Assembly (NCBI GenBank): GCA_963740355.1
Contig: CAVUDW010000002.1
Span: forward strand, 992,001-1,056,000
Origin: an uncultured Gemmatimonadaceae bacterium
GTDB taxonomy: Bacteria; Gemmatimonadota; Gemmatimonadetes; Gemmatimonadales; Gemmatimonadaceae
Direction: 5' to 3'
DNA: 64,000 nucleotides
The notes beneath the pieces were generated by a model. It was not told where the DNA came from. It did no database searches and was given only the letters and a program-made list of their open reading frames with translations. The translations under genes were made by a program, and so were the position numbers. Below, in pieces: positions 60,762 to 64,000 of the stretch (positions within the stretch are counted from its first letter, which is position 1; every line of letters begins with the position of its first letter).

Positions 60762-61199
60762 ATGCGAGTCCTCCTCCAGCGCGTTTCCCGCGCAGCAGTC
60801 CGTGTCGATGGTGCGACGATCGGCCAGATCGAGCGCGGCTACCTGCTCCTCGTCGGCATCACGCACGACGATGACGAGGGGAAGGTGGCCTGGATGGCCG
60901 ACAAGGTCGTCGCGCTCCGTCTGTTTCCCGATGCCGACGACAAGATGAACCTGGCCCTCGGCGACGTGGGTGGCGCCGTACTGGTAGTGAGCCAGTTCAC
61001 GCTCTACGGTGACGCTCGGAAGGGGCGGCGACCGAGCTTCATTGCCGCGGCTCGGCCCGAGGTGGCCATACCATTGTACGAGCGATTCATCGCCCTGCTG
61101 CGGGAGCGCGGCCTGACGGTTGCGACCGGTGCCTTCGGTGCGATGATGCAGGTGGAACTGATCAACGATGGACCTGTCACTCTTTCGCTGGAAAACTGA
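60762..61199 (+). CDS. dtd: D-aminoacyl-tRNA deacylase
   Basis: QRV, SQFTL, GRRPSF, NDGPVT. Confidence 0.97.
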   Translation: MRVLLQRVSRAAVRVDGATIGQIERGYLLLVGITHDDDEGKVAWMADKVVALRLFPDADDKMNLALGDVGGAVLVVSQFTLYGDARKGRRPSFIAAARPEVAIPLYERFIALLRERGLTVATGAFGAMMQVELINDGPVTLSLEN

Positions 61200-61204
61200 G
61201 CTCT

Positions 61205-61792
61205 ATGCGTGTGATACTCGCTTCGCAGTCGCCGCGTCGTCGTGAACTGCTTTCGCTGGTCGGGATCGATCACGAGGTGCAACCGGCAGATATCGACGAG
61301 ACGCCGTGGCCCGATGAGCTGCCCGTACCGCACACGGAGCGACTGGCGCGTGGCAAGGCCGCCGTGATCGCAGCGCGCGCCCCCGATGCGCTGGTGATCG
61401 CAGCCGACACGATCGTGGTGGTGGATGGCGCGATCCTTGGCAAACCAACCGACATTCCCGATGCCCGCGCCATGTTGCGCCGATTGAGTGGTAGGACCCA
61501 CGAGGTCTGCACCGCGATGGCGGTGGCGATCGGCGAGCAGGTGGAATCGGAGGTGATGCGTGTCTTCGTCCGCTTTCGGGCGCTGGATGACGAGACGATC
61601 GCCCGCTACGTGAATACCGGCGAACCGATGGACAAGGCCGGGGCGTACGGCATCCAGGGATTCGGCGCTACCATCGTCGAACACATCGACGGTGATTACT
61701 TCGCGGTGATGGGCCTGTCGCTCGTGACTGTGGTGAAGCTCGCCGAACGCTTGGGTGTACACTATCACTTCGGACCGCTGACCCGTGGCTAA
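61205..61792 (+). CDS. maf: Maf family nucleotide pyrophosphatase
   Basis: LASQSPRR, ADTIV, LGKP, DKAGAYGIQ. Confidence 0.95.
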   Translation: MRVILASQSPRRRELLSLVGIDHEVQPADIDETPWPDELPVPHTERLARGKAAVIAARAPDALVIAADTIVVVDGAILGKPTDIPDARAMLRRLSGRTHEVCTAMAVAIGEQVESEVMRVFVRFRALDDETIARYVNTGEPMDKAGAYGIQGFGATIVEHIDGDYFAVMGLSLVTVVKLAERLGVHYHFGPLTRG

Positions 61793-62597
61793 TACACTGA
61801 AGCCCCTTCGTCCCGGCACTACGCCGACGCTGAACGCCCAGGATGCGGACGCCCCGAAGTGGGTCCCGAATGAAGATGAACTCCCTGCCGCCACGCGCGC
61901 CCTGCTGGCACGCGCCTCCTCGCTGCAGGGTAAGCTGTACGCCGAACGGAAGCGCGCGCTGCTGTTCGTGCTGCAGGGTCGTGACGCAGCCGGCAAGGAT
62001 GGGTTGATCCGGAAGGTGTTCACCGCGCTGCATCCGCAGGGACTCAAGGCGAGCAGCTTCGGGGTGCCGACGCCAGAGGAAGCCGCGCATGATTTCCTGT
62101 GGCGCCTGCACCGAGAGTTGCCGGCATTCGGGCAGGTCGGCGTCTGGAATCGCTCTCACTACGAGGACATCCTGATCCCGCGCGTGCATCACACGCTGCC
62201 GTCGAAAGTCTGGAAGGCGCGTTATGACCGGATCAACGAGTTCGAGGCCGACGCGGTGGACTCAGGCGTCGAGATCGTGAAGCTCTTCATTCACATCGAT
62301 CGCAACGAACAGCTGGAACGATTCCGCGATCGTGCCGAAGATCCGGCGCGGCAGTGGAAGGTGCAGGCAAGTGATCTGCGCGATCGTGAAGTGTGGACGA
62401 GCTTCACGAAGGCGTACCATGACATCATGCGCCGCTGCAACTCGAAAGCCGCCCCGTGGTACGTGATCCCTGCGAACGACAAGCCGGCGCGTGACTATCT
62501 CGTGGCGTCACTGCTGGTGAAACACCTCGAACGCCTCGATCCGAAGCCGCCGACGGCAGATCCGGCACTGCTGAAGGCGGTCGCCGCGCTGAAGTGA
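61785..62597 (+). CDS. ppk2: Polyphosphate kinase 2 family (class III-like)
   Basis: QGRDAAGKDG, HDFLWR, NRSHYED, WK...D, PWYVIPANDK. Confidence 0.92.
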   Translation: MANTLKPLRPGTTPTLNAQDADAPKWVPNEDELPAATRALLARASSLQGKLYAERKRALLFVLQGRDAAGKDGLIRKVFTALHPQGLKASSFGVPTPEEAAHDFLWRLHRELPAFGQVGVWNRSHYEDILIPRVHHTLPSKVWKARYDRINEFEADAVDSGVEIVKLFIHIDRNEQLERFRDRAEDPARQWKVQASDLRDREVWTSFTKAYHDIMRRCNSKAAPWYVIPANDKPARDYLVASLLVKHLERLDPKPPTADPALLKAVAALK

Positions 62598-62682
62598 CCG
62601 CAACAGGTGGATCTGGTATCACGCATCACGCGCTTGCATCGCACAGTCGAGCCGTAGTGTCGTAGCGTCGAGTCGAACCCGA

Positions 62683-63789
62683 TCAGTCGCGCAGCGCCGC
62701 CGCGGCATTCGCACTGCGGTCTCCGTACTGCGCTGCGTATGCCGACTTCCAGCGCTGCACCCGGGACAACACCTCATCCACGGTGATGCGCGGCAGGCGG
62801 TCGAGGCGATTCTCCATGCTGATCGGATAGTCTTCGCCCGGCTCACCATAGGCGTCGATCATCAGGTCGTGGAATTTCCGGTACGGGCCAACCCGCTTCG
62901 GATTGGAGTAGCCGATCAGGCTCACTACCGGACGATCGAGCGCCACCGTGATATGCAACGGGCCCGTGTCCGGGCTCAGCACCAGCGCCGCACCGTCGAG
63001 CAGTTGCACCAGGCCGCGCAAGCCACTGCCCAGTGCACTCACCACCGGCACCTTGGCCTGCTGCATGATGATCCGTTCGGCGTGCAGCTCACGATCGGAG
63101 CGGCCACCAACCAGCACCGGTTGCAGCCCGAAGTCACCGTACAGTGAATCACAGACCGCAGCCCATCGCTCGGGCAGCCAGTCCTTCTGCGCCTTGCTGG
63201 TGGCAACCACGATCGGGGCGATGGGACGATCGAATCCTCGCAGTCGTTCGCGCTGCTGTCCCAGCTCATGCGGCCAGGGCCCAAGGTTCCAGACCGGTGG
63301 GCCGTGTGGCACACCAAGCGCATCGAGGAATTCGAAGTACTGGTCCTGCACATGCTGCATCGCGTGCGGCGGGACCTGCGCATTGGTGAACACCCAGTTC
63401 AGGTCGCGCGCGCGGGCCATGTCGAAGCCCAGCTTCACCGGCGCCTTCACCATGCGCGTGATCATACCCGCCTTCAGGTACACCTGCAGCGCCATCGCGA
63501 GGTCGAAACGGCGGCCCGACAGCTGCCGACGCAAGTCGTTGAACGCCCGCCAGCCATTGCTGCGCTCGAACAGAAGGATGTCCGCGATGTCGGGATGCCC
63601 GCGCACCAGCGTCGCGGGGCCGGGCTGCAGGATCCAGGTGACCTGCGCGTCCGGACGGTATCGCTTGAGCGCCGTGAGCACGGGCAGGACATGCACGGCG
63701 TCACCGACGGCGCTCATCATCACGATGCAGACGCGGTCCAGTGAGGCGCGCACGGTGGCGCTGCTGCGAAGGGCAGGGGTATCGCTCAT
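62683..63789 (-). CDS. GT9 family LPS heptosyltransferase
   Basis: SAVGDAV, KDW, DTGPLH. Confidence 0.9.
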   Translation of the reverse strand: MSDTPALRSSATVRASLDRVCIVMMSAVGDAVHVLPVLTALKRYRPDAQVTWILQPGPATLVRGHPDIADILLFERSNGWRAFNDLRRQLSGRRFDLAMALQVYLKAGMITRMVKAPVKLGFDMARARDLNWVFTNAQVPPHAMQHVQDQYFEFLDALGVPHGPPVWNLGPWPHELGQQRERLRGFDRPIAPIVVATSKAQKDWLPERWAAVCDSLYGDFGLQPVLVGGRSDRELHAERIIMQQAKVPVVSALGSGLRGLVQLLDGAALVLSPDTGPLHITVALDRPVVSLIGYSNPKRVGPYRKFHDLMIDAYGEPGEDYPISMENRLDRLPRITVDEVLSRVQRWKSAYAAQYGDRSANAAAALRD

Positions 63790-64000
63790 CCGCCGAGCCG
63801 CTCGATCAGTTTCGCAAAACCTGGATGGCCTTCCTTGTTGAGCCACTTGCGCGCCGATCGCAACAGCCGTGCGACGTTCATCCACTCCGCGTTCTTCTCG
63901 GCAAAACGCAACGTGTCCACGTCGATGACGTAGGCGATCAGCTCCCCCTCTTCGTCCGGGGCGATGAGAATGTTCTTCACATTCAAGTCGGGATGGTACG
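63786..64000 (-). CDS. Kdo/LPS kinase family (InaA/KdkA-like), 5'-truncated by the window edge
   Basis: YHPDLNVKNILI and IDVD kinase motifs; coupled to the GT9 gene. Confidence 0.8.
   Translation of the reverse strand, partial: YHPDLNVKNILIAPDEEGELIAYVIDVDTLRFAEKNAEWMNVARLLRSARKWLNKEGHPGFAKLIERLGG

Overview
64 kb of a high-GC (about two-thirds by eye), gene-dense bacterial chromosome; gene content and style suggest a Gemmatimonadota-like organism (inference). It is mostly core metabolism: etfBA plus a membrane Fe-S oxidoreductase, moeA/mobA/PTPS, gpmI, guaB, late futalosine-type menaquinone genes, cls, mutM, purD (1-nt frameshift), glmM-glmS, dtd-maf-ppk2 and LPS core genes. No rRNA, tRNA, CRISPR, transposase, integrase or phage genes were seen. 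The best candidate for an undescribed system is a peptidoglycan-remodelling locus (14.2-19.7 kb): an SH3/OB protein, a catalytically dead YkuD-fold paralogue coupled to an active L,D-transpeptidase, a lipoprotein, then two M15 peptidases with Ca-loop inserts. Other highlights: a vapBC module bracketed by two copies of one palindrome just after glmS; a ~300-bp non-coding inverted-repeat element at 39 kb; an ECF promoter and a G4 motif between the sigma and anti-sigma genes; a lysine methyltransferase abutting the ETF operon; a polyP-glucokinase-like ROK with a histone-like tail; and a large Ig-repeat DUF1996 lipoprotein. All family assignments come from motif recognition, not from database searches.
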